This document shows positions 1 through 9,906 of a stretch of 64,000 nucleotides of DNA, in pieces. The stretch's first letter is position 1, and each line of letters starts with the position of its first letter. The translations under genes and the position numbers were made by a program. The stretch is from Clostridia bacterium (GTDB lineage Bacteria; Bacillota; Clostridia; Christensenellales; CAG-138). The stretch covers positions 1,166 through 65,165 of the forward strand of contig JAUNJX010000007.1 in assembly GCA_030533005.1 (NCBI GenBank). Reading direction: 5' to 3'. The notes below the pieces were generated by a model. That model saw nothing but the letters and a program-made list of their open reading frames with translations. It ran no database searches and was not told the DNA's origin.

Positions 1-200
1 ATGGGCTGCGTCTGCGCCCTGTGCGGGCAAAGCTTCTCGTCCTTCATAATACAGGCATAGCAGCCAACGCAATGCGCTATGCCGTTGACGTAAAATTCCG
101 AAATTTCCTCCGGCGTGCAGTGCAGCTTTTGCAGCAGCAGCTGTGCGGCGCGGTAGGTGCTCCCCTGATGCTGCTGGCCATAGATGACGGTGACCTTCAT
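1..200 (-). CDS. Iron-sulfur flavoprotein / NADPH-dependent FMN reductase (flavodoxin family), N-terminal part; runs off the window
   Basis: Manual translation from ATG at 200: MKVTVIYGQQHQGSTYRAAQLLL...HCVGCYACIMKDEKLCPH. Flavodoxin-like N-terminus plus CxxCxxC-x7-C motif; not in the ORF track. Confidence 0.75.
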   Translation of the reverse strand, partial: MKVTVIYGQQHQGSTYRAAQLLLQKLHCTPEEISEFYVNGIAHCVGCYACIMKDEKLCPHRAQTQP

Positions 201-274
201 GTTTTTTCTGTCCTTATCGTTTTTTTCGCCGCCATCATATAATAAAAGCGCCGCTATTGTCAACTTTTCTTATT

Positions 275-991
275 TTACTTTTTTTGCAGGACTGCGGCGA
301 TGAAATTGAGGTATTTGCCCCCGCCCGCCTCCATGGACTTTCGGTCGTTAACGGCATATTCGTTATCGCAGGCGAGCCAATCGCGCCAAAGCTCCTCGTT
401 CCCCTCCGTTTCGCGCAGGGAAAGGATTTCCGCGCCCTCGCTTTGGTGGAACATATCCCGCCAATAAGCAAGATCGTGCATGTAATCGAGCTGCTCGGGC
501 GTCCACGAAAGCAAAAGCTCCGCCGGCAGGTCGTCATGGCAGTCCCGCGTCATGCCGGGAAACACAAGATAGAGATAACCGCCCGGCTTGATAAAGGGCA
601 GCAGGCAGGCGTCCAGATACTTAGGGTCGCGGCCAAAGTAGTTGTAGGAATCGACGCTGATCACCGCATCGAAGAATTCCTTTTCAAAGGGCAGCGCCAT
701 CGCGTCCGCCTTGACGGGTATGAGCCTGTCGCGCGGCACGCCCATCTCGTCAAAAAACCTCTGGTTTTCCGCCGGGTCGCTCCAAAGGTCGGCTGCGTAA
801 ACGCGAAAGCCGTATTCCTGCGCAAGAAACACCGAAGTCACGCCCTGCCCGCTGCCAAGATCCATCACCACGGCGTTTGCGGGGATCAGATTGTCCCGCA
901 AAAGCTCCTCCTCCAATTTGATGGGGTTTGGCCCCATGATCTTTTCCCGTATGAGAGGAACGTCGTATTTTTTGCTTTTTGTGTACTCCAT
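275..991 (-). CDS. Class I SAM-dependent methyltransferase
   Basis: Motif I VMDLGSGQG, then ADAMALPFEKEFFDAVIS and IKPGG; RBS AAGGAG upstream. Confidence 0.85.
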   Translation of the reverse strand: MEYTKSKKYDVPLIREKIMGPNPIKLEEELLRDNLIPANAVVMDLGSGQGVTSVFLAQEYGFRVYAADLWSDPAENQRFFDEMGVPRDRLIPVKADAMALPFEKEFFDAVISVDSYNYFGRDPKYLDACLLPFIKPGGYLYLVFPGMTRDCHDDLPAELLLSWTPEQLDYMHDLAYWRDMFHQSEGAEILSLRETEGNEELWRDWLACDNEYAVNDRKSMEAGGGKYLNFIAAVLQKK

Positions 992-1003
992 GGCCTTGTC
1001 TCC

Positions 1004-2062
1004 TTAGCGTTTTTTGTTCGTCTTATTGACCTTCGAGATATCCTTGCATTTTTGCTCCTTCTGCGCCAGATACGCCGCCGCGTCCGCAGCGTAAGCGGCC
1101 TCCTGCTTGAGCTTTTGGTAGGAAGCCCAGCGTTCCTCCGTCAATTCGCCGCAGCCGATCGCCCTTTTTACGGCACAGCCCGGTTCGTTCGTGTGGCTGC
1201 AATCGTGAAAGCGGCAGCGGGCAAACAACGCCTCGATATCCGCAAAGGTCTTGTCTATCCCCTCGTCCGCCTCCCACATGCCCAGCTCCCGCATGCCCGG
1301 CGTATCGATCACCATGCCGCCGTCAGGCAGCAGCAAAAGCTCGCGCCGGGTGGTGGTGTGCCTGCCCTTGTCGTCGTTTCGCAGCCCGTTGGTGTCAAGC
1401 ACTTCCGCGCCCAGCAAACGATTGATGAGCGTGGATTTGCCCACGCCGGAGGAGCCGATGAACGCCACGGTCTGCCCGGGCGAAAGATAACGCTTCACCT
1501 GTTCGTAACCGTCCCGCGCCATGGCGGTCGTCACAAGCACGTCAGCGCCCACGGCGACAGACTGCACCTCACAAAGCCTTGCGGGCACGTCCTCGCTAAG
1601 GTCGGCTTTGGTCAGCACCACCACGGGCAGCGCCCCGCTGTTCCAGCCGATAGAGAGATACCGCTCCATCCGCCGCAGGTTAAAATCGTTGTTGAGGGAC
1701 ATGCATAAAAACACCGTGTCGATGTTCGCGGCCACCACCTGCTCCGCGTTGGCCGTGCCTGCCGCCTTGCGGACAAACACGCTTTTGCGGGGCAGCACAC
1801 GATGGATTACCCCATTGCCGTTTTCATCCGTGGCGCGATCCAGCAACACAAAATCCCCCACCGCCGGATAGTCCGCAGCCTCCCGCGCCGCAAAGCGGAA
1901 TTTGCCGGACACCGCCGCCATCATGTCGCCTTGCTCGCCCGCCACGCGATACATATCCTTGCCTTGCGAAAGCACACGCCCCGCATGGAGCGTTGGATCG
2001 CTTGCGGCCTGCGCCGCCAGCCTTTCATTGAAGCCATAGCCCAACATACGAGCCCCTTTCAC
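1004..2062 (-). CDS. rsgA: Ribosome small subunit-dependent GTPase A (RsgA family, long form)
   Basis: Circularly permuted GTPase motifs TKAD, GSSGVGKST, GRHTTT, DTPG and zinc finger CRFHDCSHTNEPGC. Confidence 0.9.
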   Translation of the reverse strand: MKGARMLGYGFNERLAAQAASDPTLHAGRVLSQGKDMYRVAGEQGDMMAAVSGKFRFAAREAADYPAVGDFVLLDRATDENGNGVIHRVLPRKSVFVRKAAGTANAEQVVAANIDTVFLCMSLNNDFNLRRMERYLSIGWNSGALPVVVLTKADLSEDVPARLCEVQSVAVGADVLVTTAMARDGYEQVKRYLSPGQTVAFIGSSGVGKSTLINRLLGAEVLDTNGLRNDDKGRHTTTRRELLLLPDGGMVIDTPGMRELGMWEADEGIDKTFADIEALFARCRFHDCSHTNEPGCAVKRAIGCGELTEERWASYQKLKQEAAYAADAAAYLAQKEQKCKDISKVNKTNKKR

Positions 2063-2673
2063 GCCTGCTGCAAGCCTGCAAAAAACCCATCGATGTGCGC
2101 GCTTGCCAGCGCCACCGTTCCCGCTTTGTCCGCCGTGCCGTCATACAGATTCATCAGCATGTAGACCGGCGCGTAAAACAAAAGCGCAAGCTGCCGGGGC
2201 TCCCTGCCCCGCCAATCATAAAACCTGCCCATCTCGCGGAACAGATCCTCCACATAGTCGATCACGCCGCCGGAAAGATACTGCTGATACAGCGCCATCA
2301 TCTCGTCGCTGCGGTATTGCTCCAGCGTTAGCATGCGGCGGAAATCGGCGGCAAAATCATCCTCCACCCAATACAAAAACTGCGCGAAGGTATAGCGTTG
2401 TATGGTTTCGACCCGCATGCCCCTATAGGCCGCGGCATCGTCGGCCAAACGCGCTTCCGGCACCGCAAATGCCTGCGCCCTAGATAGATCCTCCGCCTGC
2501 ATGCGGGAAACGATGCTCTCGAATATCGCGCGCTTGTTGGCGTAATGCTTATACAAGGCGCTTTGCGCGATCCCCAGCCGCCCTGCGATATCCCGCACCG
2601 ATACGGCCTCATAGCCATTCCTCGCAAAAAGCTTCAGCGCCTCCTGCTGGATTCTTTCTCTGGTATTTTGCAT
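2059..2673 (-). CDS. TetR/AcrR family transcriptional regulator
   Basis: N-terminal HTH: ERIQQEALKLFARNGYEAVSVRDIAGRLGIAQSALYKHYANK. Confidence 0.92.
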   Translation of the reverse strand: MQNTRERIQQEALKLFARNGYEAVSVRDIAGRLGIAQSALYKHYANKRAIFESIVSRMQAEDLSRAQAFAVPEARLADDAAAYRGMRVETIQRYTFAQFLYWVEDDFAADFRRMLTLEQYRSDEMMALYQQYLSGGVIDYVEDLFREMGRFYDWRGREPRQLALLFYAPVYMLMNLYDGTADKAGTVALASAHIDGFFAGLQQA

Positions 2674-2697
2674 GCGCGGCTCCTTTTCTGCATCATG

Positions 2698-2746
2698 GTT
2701 AACGTTCGTTCTCCTGTAGTATAGTTAACGAACGTTCACTTGTCAA
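2698..2746 (-). promoter_or_regulatory. Sigma-A promoter of the tetR operon with two putative TetR operators
   Basis: Minus strand TTGACA (2741-2746), 17 nt, TATACT (2718-2723). Imperfect palindromes GTTAAC-GAAC-GTTCAC (2724-2739) and GTTAAC-GTTC-GTTCTC (2698-2713) flank the -10. Confidence 0.8.
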
Positions 2747-2862
2747 TACACTTCCGCAAAAAAACCAACAAACGCGATAAAAAATCTCATTGGCTTTCTG
2801 CAAAACGTGTTACAATATGAACGAAAGGTATTTCTTATATCTTGGGAAAGGGTTTGGGACAG

Positions 2863-4479
2863 GTGTTTAAGGTCTTTCTGGTTGAAGATGAGATCGTCGT
2901 GCGCGAGGGGCTGCGCAACAACATCCTTTGGGAGCAATACGGCTTTACCTATGCGGGCGACGCTTCGGACGGGGAAATGGCGCTGCCGCTGATCCGTGAG
3001 GTGCAGCCCGATCTTTTGATCACGGATATCAAGATGCCCTTTATGGATGGTCTTGCGCTAAGCGAGCTTGTGCGTAAGGAGCTGCCCCACACCAAGATCG
3101 TCATCATCAGCGGCTACGATGATTTTTCTTACGCCCAGCAGGCGATCCGCATGGGGGTGGAGCAATATCTGTTAAAGCCTGTCACCAAGGACAAGATGGT
3201 GCAGGTGCTTGCGGAGCTGCAAAAGAAAATGCAGGCCGAGGAGCAGCAGCAGGAGTATTTGCAGCAATTTCAACGGGAGGCGCAGGCTTATGAAACCTTT
3301 TCCCGCAGGCGCTTTTTTGAGCAGGTGGTAAACGGCGACCTCACCGTTTCGCAGATCTATGAAACCGCGCAGGCCATGGACATGGATATCAACGCCCAGG
3401 CCTACAACATCGTGTTCTTTTCCCTCAACGGCATGGGGCACAAGGGCAGCATGCCGGACGCCTATACGGACGCGCTGGCAAGCGTGCAGGACAGGATCAC
3501 GCAGTTTTTTGCAAGCCATGACGAGCTGCTGCTGTTCCGCTGGAATCTGACCACCTACGCCGTACTCGTCAAGGGCGCGCAAGGCGATATCGATGCGCGC
3601 ACGGACGTATGTGTGGAGGGTATACAAAGGATATGCCAGGCAGTGGATGGCGAAATGCATTATTATATTGCCTGCGGCACGCCGGTCACGCGCATCAGCG
3701 CTCTGCCCGCCTGCTTTATGGAGGCAAACCGCATCATTTCCTACCGCCATATCTGCCCCGAGGAGCATATCCTTACCGAAGCGAGCATCGATACCTTCCG
3801 CAAAGCCGAAAGCACGCAGGCCGACGCCGGAACAAGCGTTGTAGACCCCGCGCTCATCCACAACTTTTTGAGCGACGGCAGCGAGGAGGAGATCGACAAT
3901 TTTGTGGAGCAGCTGCTTCGCTATGTGGGCAAGGATACGGTAAAATCGCTGCTTTTCAGCCGCTATTTTACTATGACCATCTGCTTTGCGGCGGCGGAAT
4001 ATGTGGAAGGGCTGGGCTACGACCCCGAAGCCTTCTTAACGCCGGAGCTTAGAAGCCTCAGCCAGTCGGCACAGCCGGATACCGCCAAGGCGAACGTGCG
4101 CGAGCTTCTTAAGCAGGCGCTTGAGCTGCGCGACAGGGAGAGCAAAAAACAAAAGCGCGATCTTTTGGTGCAGACCATCGCCTACATCGACGAGCATTAC
4201 GCGGACGAGTCCATCTCGCTCAACAAGGTCGCCAAGGAGGTCAACATAAGCCCCAATTACCTCTCTGCCATATTCAGCCAGGAGGAGGGACAGACCTTCG
4301 TGGAATACCTGACCGGCAAGCGCATAAGCGAAGCGAAGCGCCTGCTGCTGCACACGGACAAACGCTCCAACGAGGTAGCGTTTGCGGTAGGGTATAAAGA
4401 CCCCCATTATTTCAGCTTCGTATTCAAGAAAACCGTGGGGCTCTCGCCCCGGGAATACCGCCGCAGGGGCGTGCAGTGA
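2863..4479 (+). CDS. YesN-type response regulator (REC + AraC HTH)
   Basis: REC: FLVEDE...ITDIKMPFMDG...YLLKP. C-terminal AraC: ISLNKVAKEVNISPNYLS...VGYKDPHYFSFVFKK. GTG start chosen at 2863 (ORF track starts at 2842). Confidence 0.92.
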   Translation: MFKVFLVEDEIVVREGLRNNILWEQYGFTYAGDASDGEMALPLIREVQPDLLITDIKMPFMDGLALSELVRKELPHTKIVIISGYDDFSYAQQAIRMGVEQYLLKPVTKDKMVQVLAELQKKMQAEEQQQEYLQQFQREAQAYETFSRRRFFEQVVNGDLTVSQIYETAQAMDMDINAQAYNIVFFSLNGMGHKGSMPDAYTDALASVQDRITQFFASHDELLLFRWNLTTYAVLVKGAQGDIDARTDVCVEGIQRICQAVDGEMHYYIACGTPVTRISALPACFMEANRIISYRHICPEEHILTEASIDTFRKAESTQADAGTSVVDPALIHNFLSDGSEEEIDNFVEQLLRYVGKDTVKSLLFSRYFTMTICFAAAEYVEGLGYDPEAFLTPELRSLSQSAQPDTAKANVRELLKQALELRDRESKKQKRDLLVQTIAYIDEHYADESISLNKVAKEVNISPNYLSAIFSQEEGQTFVEYLTGKRISEAKRLLLHTDKRSNEVAFAVGYKDPHYFSFVFKKTVGLSPREYRRRGVQ

Positions 4480-5915
4480 GCATGGCGATGGAAAAAAGCG
4501 CAAAGATGCGCATGCAGGGAAAGCTTTGGAACATGATCCTGACGGTGGCGCTGCCGCTGATGCTCGTGATCGTTGTGATCGCGTCCATCGGCATATGGTA
4601 TGCGTGGCAGTATAACGCCATACTCAACAACGTCACCACAGCCTCCGATTTCAACCAGAATTTCAAGGACGACGTCGATCTTAAGATGTACTACTATGTG
4701 ATCGACAGCCAGTATTCCGAGGGGCTTCCCATCGAGGAGGTACAAAGCGCCGAAGCGATTGCCCGCAAGCTCATCGACATGAGCACGGAGAAGGAAAGCA
4801 TGCGCGCCATCACGAGCGTGCTGAACCTCTGCCACAATCTGGAGGAAAAGATCCACCAGATCGCCGCCACGGAGGATTACGAAGCCCGGCAGGAGCAGCT
4901 GGAAAACAACATTTACATCCTCACGGACTTGATCCAGGAATACATGTACACCTATCTGTATTATGAAGCGGTGCACCTTGACACGCTGCAATCCCGCATG
5001 ATATCCAGCATGATCGCGCTGATGACGGTCATTCTCATCATGGCGCTGATCCTGCTGGTGGTGCTGCTGAGCCGCTCCCGCAACCTGAGCCGCAAGATCG
5101 TCGATCCTGTGGATAAGCTGTGCAGGCGTCTGGAGGATATCGGCAGCGGCAAGCTTGCCGTATGCGACCCCATACAGGCGGACGTGGCGGAGGTGCAGCT
5201 CCTTTCCGACGGCATCGAACAGATGGTAGGCCATCTCCAGCGCTTGATCGCGGAGAACACGGAACAGGAGAAGCAGCGCCGGCACGCGGAGCTGGCGCTG
5301 CTGCAAGCGCAGATCAACCCGCACTTCCTATATAATACGATGGATACCATCATCTGGCTCATCGAATCCGGCGACGTTGGCAAGGCCGTCACCATGATCA
5401 ACAGCCTGTCAAACTTCTTCCGCTTTTCCCTTAGCCGTGGGCAGAGCATCATCACGCTTGCGGAGGAGGAGCAGCATATCCGCAGCTACTTGGAGATCCA
5501 GCAGGTGCGCTACCGCGACCTCATGGAATATGAGATCGACATTCCGAACGACCTGAAGCAATATATGCTGCCCAAGCTTACGCTGCAGCCGTTGGTGGAA
5601 AACGCGCTGTACCACGGCATCAAGATGAAACGGCGCAAGGGCAGCATCCGCGTCAGCGGCAGCGCGCGCGACGGCAATATCTTTCTTGCGGTCAGGGACG
5701 ACGGCACCGGCATGACGGCGGAAAAGCTCCACGCGCTGCAGGAATCCCTGACGGAGGGCGGGCGCGAAGGCTTCGGCCTTCGCACGGTGCACCAAAGACT
5801 GCAGATCCTATTCGGCAAGGCATACGGCCTGACGCTTGCAAGCACGCCGGACGAGGGCACGACCGTGACGGTAACGATCCCCATGCAGATGAACGACAAG
5901 GAGGCGGAGGCATGA
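4476..5915 (+). CDS. YesM/LytS-type sensor histidine kinase
   Basis: Two TM helices, HAMP-like region, LQAQINPHFLYNT, LQPLVENALYHG, DDGTG, GFGL; overlaps the regulator stop codon. Confidence 0.92.
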   Translation: MSMAMEKSAKMRMQGKLWNMILTVALPLMLVIVVIASIGIWYAWQYNAILNNVTTASDFNQNFKDDVDLKMYYYVIDSQYSEGLPIEEVQSAEAIARKLIDMSTEKESMRAITSVLNLCHNLEEKIHQIAATEDYEARQEQLENNIYILTDLIQEYMYTYLYYEAVHLDTLQSRMISSMIALMTVILIMALILLVVLLSRSRNLSRKIVDPVDKLCRRLEDIGSGKLAVCDPIQADVAEVQLLSDGIEQMVGHLQRLIAENTEQEKQRRHAELALLQAQINPHFLYNTMDTIIWLIESGDVGKAVTMINSLSNFFRFSLSRGQSIITLAEEEQHIRSYLEIQQVRYRDLMEYEIDIPNDLKQYMLPKLTLQPLVENALYHGIKMKRRKGSIRVSGSARDGNIFLAVRDDGTGMTAEKLHALQESLTEGGREGFGLRTVHQRLQILFGKAYGLTLASTPDEGTTVTVTIPMQMNDKEAEA

Positions 5916-6898
5916 AAAGACTGACGATATGGGTAGCATGCATGCTGACCTTGGCCGGCTGCACGCTTGCGCCGGGTACTGCGGAGCCCGAGGACAGCGA
6001 GCTTATCGTAGTAGGCTTCTCGCAGGTGGGTGCGGAATCGGAATGGCGCGTGGCCAACACGGAAAGCATGCGCGCGGCGCTTTGCGAAGCAAACGGCTAT
6101 GAGCTGATCTACGATGACGCGCGGCAGGAGCAGGAAAACCAAATCAGGGCCATCCGCAGCTTTATCCAGCAGGACGTGGATTATATCGTGCTCTCCCCCA
6201 TTACGGAATCCGGCTGGAGCTCCATTCTCCAGGAGGCAAAAAGCGCGGATATCCCTGTCATTTTGGTGGATCGATGCATCGAGGTGGCGGACGAAAGCCT
6301 GTATACGGCCTATATCGGCTCCGATTTCAGCAAGGAGGGCGAAATGGCGGTACAATGGCTGGATGCGCAGCTTGAAAGGCAGGGGCGTACAAAGGAACCC
6401 CTCAACATCGTGCATATCCAAGGCACGCTCGGCTCCTCCGCCCAGATCGGGCGCTCCGGCGCTTTGGAAAACGCCGTGCGCAGCCACGCAAACTGGCGGC
6501 TCATCGCGCAGGAGGACGGCGACTTCACCCGCGCCAAGGCATACGAGGTCATGACGGACATCGTCAAAAAAGATGCGCAAATCGATGTGGTCTACTGTGA
6601 GAACGACGGCGAAGCCTTGGGCGCGATCGACGCGCTGGAACAGGCCGGTTACAAATGCAACGTGTGGGACGGCGTGATCGTGGTCGCCTTTGACGCGACC
6701 AACCTCGGCCTAAACTACTGTCTGGACGGACGCATCAGCCTCAACGTCGAATGCAATCCCCTGCAGGGGCCTTATGTGGCGGATATCATCAGCGCCTTGG
6801 AGCAGGGCGCGCCCATCGAGAAGGTGCAGCATATCGACGAAACGCTGTTCGACTGCTTCACCATCACCCAACAGATCATCGACGCAAGAGCGTATTGA
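5912..6898 (+). CDS. Sugar ABC substrate-binding lipoprotein (YtfQ-like), encoded in the two-component operon
   Basis: Lipobox LAGC; VGFSQVGAESEWRVANTESM and NVECNPLQGP resemble YtfQ-type periplasmic binding proteins. Confidence 0.85.
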   Translation: MKRLTIWVACMLTLAGCTLAPGTAEPEDSELIVVGFSQVGAESEWRVANTESMRAALCEANGYELIYDDARQEQENQIRAIRSFIQQDVDYIVLSPITESGWSSILQEAKSADIPVILVDRCIEVADESLYTAYIGSDFSKEGEMAVQWLDAQLERQGRTKEPLNIVHIQGTLGSSAQIGRSGALENAVRSHANWRLIAQEDGDFTRAKAYEVMTDIVKKDAQIDVVYCENDGEALGAIDALEQAGYKCNVWDGVIVVAFDATNLGLNYCLDGRISLNVECNPLQGPYVADIISALEQGAPIEKVQHIDETLFDCFTITQQIIDARAY

Positions 6899-6962
6899 TG
6901 TGCGTGTAAAAGCAAATTGCAAAACGGCGCCGCAAGGCGCTTTTTCTATATTCATATACAAA

Positions 6963-7068
6963 TGGTGGATATTTTACGATAGAGGTTGAAAAATCTACGC
7001 GCGCCAAAATACGGACAAACATAGGGATTGTCAGCATTTTTTATGAGTTGGTGGACATTTTTACGCGC
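6963..7068 (+). promoter_or_regulatory. Direct-repeat boxes upstream of the ABC operon; putative YesN (AraC) binding sites
   Basis: TGGTGGATATTTTACG (6963), GGTTGAAAAATCTACG (6984), TTGTCAGCATTTTTTATG (7028) and TGGTGGACATTTTTACG (7049): two pairs about 20-21 bp apart, upstream of a TGnTATAAG -10-like element near 7103. Confidence 0.55.
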
Positions 7069-7177
7069 TTTGCCCAAAGCCCTTTCCATTCGATTTTTGA
7101 TGTGCTATAAGTGAGATACAGCAAATCGATACACATTTGCGGCACATTCAAATTTTATTAGGAAGGGAACAAAAATC

Positions 7178-8224
7178 ATGAAGAAACACATTGCGATTCT
7201 CCTCGTTGCTTTGATGGCGCTCTCCCTCGTTGCCTGCGCCGCTCCCGCCCCCGCCGCCGCTCCCGCTGCGCCCGCAGCCGAGCCCGCCCCTGCTGCCGCC
7301 GAGCCTGCCGCTCCCGCAGCTGAGCCCGCTCCCGCCGCCGAAGGCCCCATCAAGGTCGGCATCATCAACAACGACCCCAACGAGTCCGGCTATCGTACCG
7401 CCAACGACAAGGATATGAAGGCCACCTTCACCGCGGAAAACGGCTATGACGCGTCCTTCGCTTACAGCCTGAAGAACGACGAGCAGATCGCCGCCGCACA
7501 GAAGTTCATTCAGGACGAAGTCGATTATCTTCTGATCTCCGCTGCCGGCACCTCCGGCTGGGATTCCGTGCTGCAGGACGCACAGGCCGCCGGCATCAAG
7601 GTCATCCTGTTCGACCGCACCATCGACGCTGACGTAAGCCTGTATGAAGCTTCCATCGTTTCCGACATGGCGCTTGAAGGCAAGACCGCCGTTGATTGGC
7701 TAGCCACGCAGGGTCTTAGCGAGTACAACGTGATCCACATTCAGGGCGTTATGGGTTCCTCCGCACAGATCGGCCGTACCGGCGCGCTGGACGAAATGGT
7801 CGCCGCCAATGCCAACTGGACGCTCGTGACCCAGCAGACCGCCGAGTGGAACGCCGAGACCGCGCAGCAGATCGTGCAGGCCGTCATCGACTCCGGCAAA
7901 GCCTTCAACGTCATTTATGCTGAGAACGACGACATGGCAAAGGGCGCCGTCGCAGCGCTCGACAAGGCGAACATCTCCCACGGCGTAGGCAAGGACGTTA
8001 TCGTCATGGGCTTTGACTGCAACAAGTGGGCGCTCGAGGAGCTGCTTGCCGGCAACTGGAACTACGACGGTCAGTGCAACCCCTTCCAGGCTTCCTATAT
8101 CGACAGCATCATCAAGGATCTTGAGCAGGGCGTAGCACCCGCCGAGAAGGTCGTCGTCATGGTGGAAAAGGGCTTTGACGCCAGCACCATCACCCAGGAG
8201 GACGTTGACACCTACGGCATCTAA
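7178..8224 (+). CDS. Sugar ABC transporter substrate-binding lipoprotein
   Basis: Lipobox LVAC, Ala/Pro/Glu linker, type I binding-protein fold (NDPNESGYRTAND, AENDDMAKGA, QCNPFQ). Confidence 0.9.
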   Translation: MKKHIAILLVALMALSLVACAAPAPAAAPAAPAAEPAPAAAEPAAPAAEPAPAAEGPIKVGIINNDPNESGYRTANDKDMKATFTAENGYDASFAYSLKNDEQIAAAQKFIQDEVDYLLISAAGTSGWDSVLQDAQAAGIKVILFDRTIDADVSLYEASIVSDMALEGKTAVDWLATQGLSEYNVIHIQGVMGSSAQIGRTGALDEMVAANANWTLVTQQTAEWNAETAQQIVQAVIDSGKAFNVIYAENDDMAKGAVAALDKANISHGVGKDVIVMGFDCNKWALEELLAGNWNYDGQCNPFQASYIDSIIKDLEQGVAPAEKVVVMVEKGFDASTITQEDVDTYGI

Positions 8225-8257
8225 ACGTATACTGTAGCTGCAACATCAATTGACTTG

Positions 8258-8311
8258 TACACGCGGTACGGCGAATATGGATAGTATGTCCGTGTATCCG
8301 CACCGCGTGTA
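8258..8311 (+). other. Long intergenic stem-loop between the binding protein and the ATPase (mRNA stabiliser or attenuator)
   Basis: TACACGCGGT...ACCGCGTGTA outer stem with inner ATATGGATA/TGTCCGTGT pairing. Confidence 0.55.
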
Positions 8312-8391
8312 TTCTTTCACCGAAAAACACGCAACGATACAAAACACCGCATACAGGCTCGACATTCGATGATGTAGGGAGGCAAAACGCT

Positions 8392-9906
8392 ATGCAAGAG
8401 GGCGCGATACTCGAGATGCGCGGCATCTCTAAATATTTCCCCGGCGTGCGTGCCCTTCAAGATGTGGACTTTACCCTGCGCGGGGGCGATATTCACGCAT
8501 TGATGGGAGAAAACGGCGCCGGAAAATCGACTTTGATCAAGGTATTGACCGGCGTTTATCCGAAGGACGCGGGGCAGGTCTTTATGAAGGACAGCGCAAA
8601 GCCCGTATCCATCAAATCACCGCAGGATGCGCAAAAGCTGGGCATCAGCACCGTATATCAGGAAATTACGCTTTGTCCCAACCTCACGGTTGCGGAGAAC
8701 ATGTATATAGGAAGAACCAAGGGCGCGCTCACCAACTGGAAGCAGATCAACGCGCGCGCGGGCAGCATGCTCGAATCCCTCGGGATACCCGCGGAACCCA
8801 CACAGCAGCTTGCAAGCTGTTCCATCGCCGTGCAGCAGATGGTCGCCATCGCGCGCGCAGTGGACATGGAATGCAAGGTGCTGATCCTCGACGAGCCAAC
8901 CTCGTCGCTGGATGAGCGTGAGGTCACCAAGCTCTTTACGCTCATGCGCGATCTCAAGGCGCGGGGCGTGGGCATCATCTTTGTCACGCATTTCTTGGAA
9001 CAGGTCTACGAGGTGTGCGACCGCATCACCGTGCTTCGGGACGGCAAGCTCGTAGGCGAATATGTGATAGACGACCTGCCGCGCGTGCAGCTTGTTTCCA
9101 AAATGCTCGGCAAGGAGCTGGACGATCTTTCCGGCATGCAGAAGGTTGAAACGGCATTTGCCGAAAAAGACGCGCAAGCCCCCGTGCTGGAGGCCGAACA
9201 GCTCGCAAGCATCGCGGGCGTCAAGCCCTTCGACTTTACGATACGCAAGGGCGAGGTCAACGGCTTTACGGGGCTTTTGGGCTCCGGCCGAAGCGAGTGC
9301 GTGCGCGCCATCTACGGCGCGGACAAAACCACGGGCGGCGTGGTGAAGATGAACGGCAAAAGGGTCAAAATCGCCAAGCCCCTGGACGCCATGAAAAACG
9401 GCATCAGCTATCTTCCCGAGGATCGCAAGCGCGACGGGATCGTAGGCGATCTCTCCGTCCGGGAAAATATCATACTCGCCCTGCAAGTGATGAAAGGCTT
9501 TTTTAAGCCGTTTACAAGGGCGCAGGCGGAAGCCTTCGCGGACGAATACATCAAGCTGCTGGACATCAAGACGGCTTCCTCCGATACGCCGATCAAATCG
9601 CTTTCGGGCGGCAACCAGCAGAAGGTCATACTGGCTCGCGGCCTTTTGTCCAATCCCGTGTATCTCATTCTCGACGAACCGACGCGCGGTATCGACGTAG
9701 GCACCAAGGTGGATATTCAAAAGCTGGTGCTCAAGCTTGCAAGCGAAGGCAAAAGCATCACCTTCATTTCCTCCGAAACCGACGAAATGCTGCGCACCTG
9801 CTCACGCCTCATCGTCATGCGCGACCGCAGGGTCGTAGGCGAGCTTAGCGGCGCAGAGCTTACGCAAAACAGGATCATGACCACGATTGCCGGAGGTGAC
9901 GAATAA
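8392..9906 (+). CDS. Sugar ABC transporter ATP-binding protein (two ABC domains)
   Basis: GENGAGKST, LDEPT, LSGGNQQKV, DEPTRGIDVG. Confidence 0.95.
   Translation: MQEGAILEMRGISKYFPGVRALQDVDFTLRGGDIHALMGENGAGKSTLIKVLTGVYPKDAGQVFMKDSAKPVSIKSPQDAQKLGISTVYQEITLCPNLTVAENMYIGRTKGALTNWKQINARAGSMLESLGIPAEPTQQLASCSIAVQQMVAIARAVDMECKVLILDEPTSSLDEREVTKLFTLMRDLKARGVGIIFVTHFLEQVYEVCDRITVLRDGKLVGEYVIDDLPRVQLVSKMLGKELDDLSGMQKVETAFAEKDAQAPVLEAEQLASIAGVKPFDFTIRKGEVNGFTGLLGSGRSECVRAIYGADKTTGGVVKMNGKRVKIAKPLDAMKNGISYLPEDRKRDGIVGDLSVRENIILALQVMKGFFKPFTRAQAEAFADEYIKLLDIKTASSDTPIKSLSGGNQQKVILARGLLSNPVYLILDEPTRGIDVGTKVDIQKLVLKLASEGKSITFISSETDEMLRTCSRLIVMRDRRVVGELSGAELTQNRIMTTIAGGDE

Noticed and set aside
257-1708. 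Long antisense and alternative-frame ORFs (e.g. 257-1708, 14597-15826, 46-48 kb, 57689-59146, 59452-60765)
   Set aside because: They shadow well-supported genes on the opposite strand, have no recognisable motifs, and are expected from high-GC codon bias.
7235-7342. GC-rich repeat in the substrate-binding protein gene
   Set aside because: It encodes an ordinary Ala/Pro/Glu lipoprotein tether.
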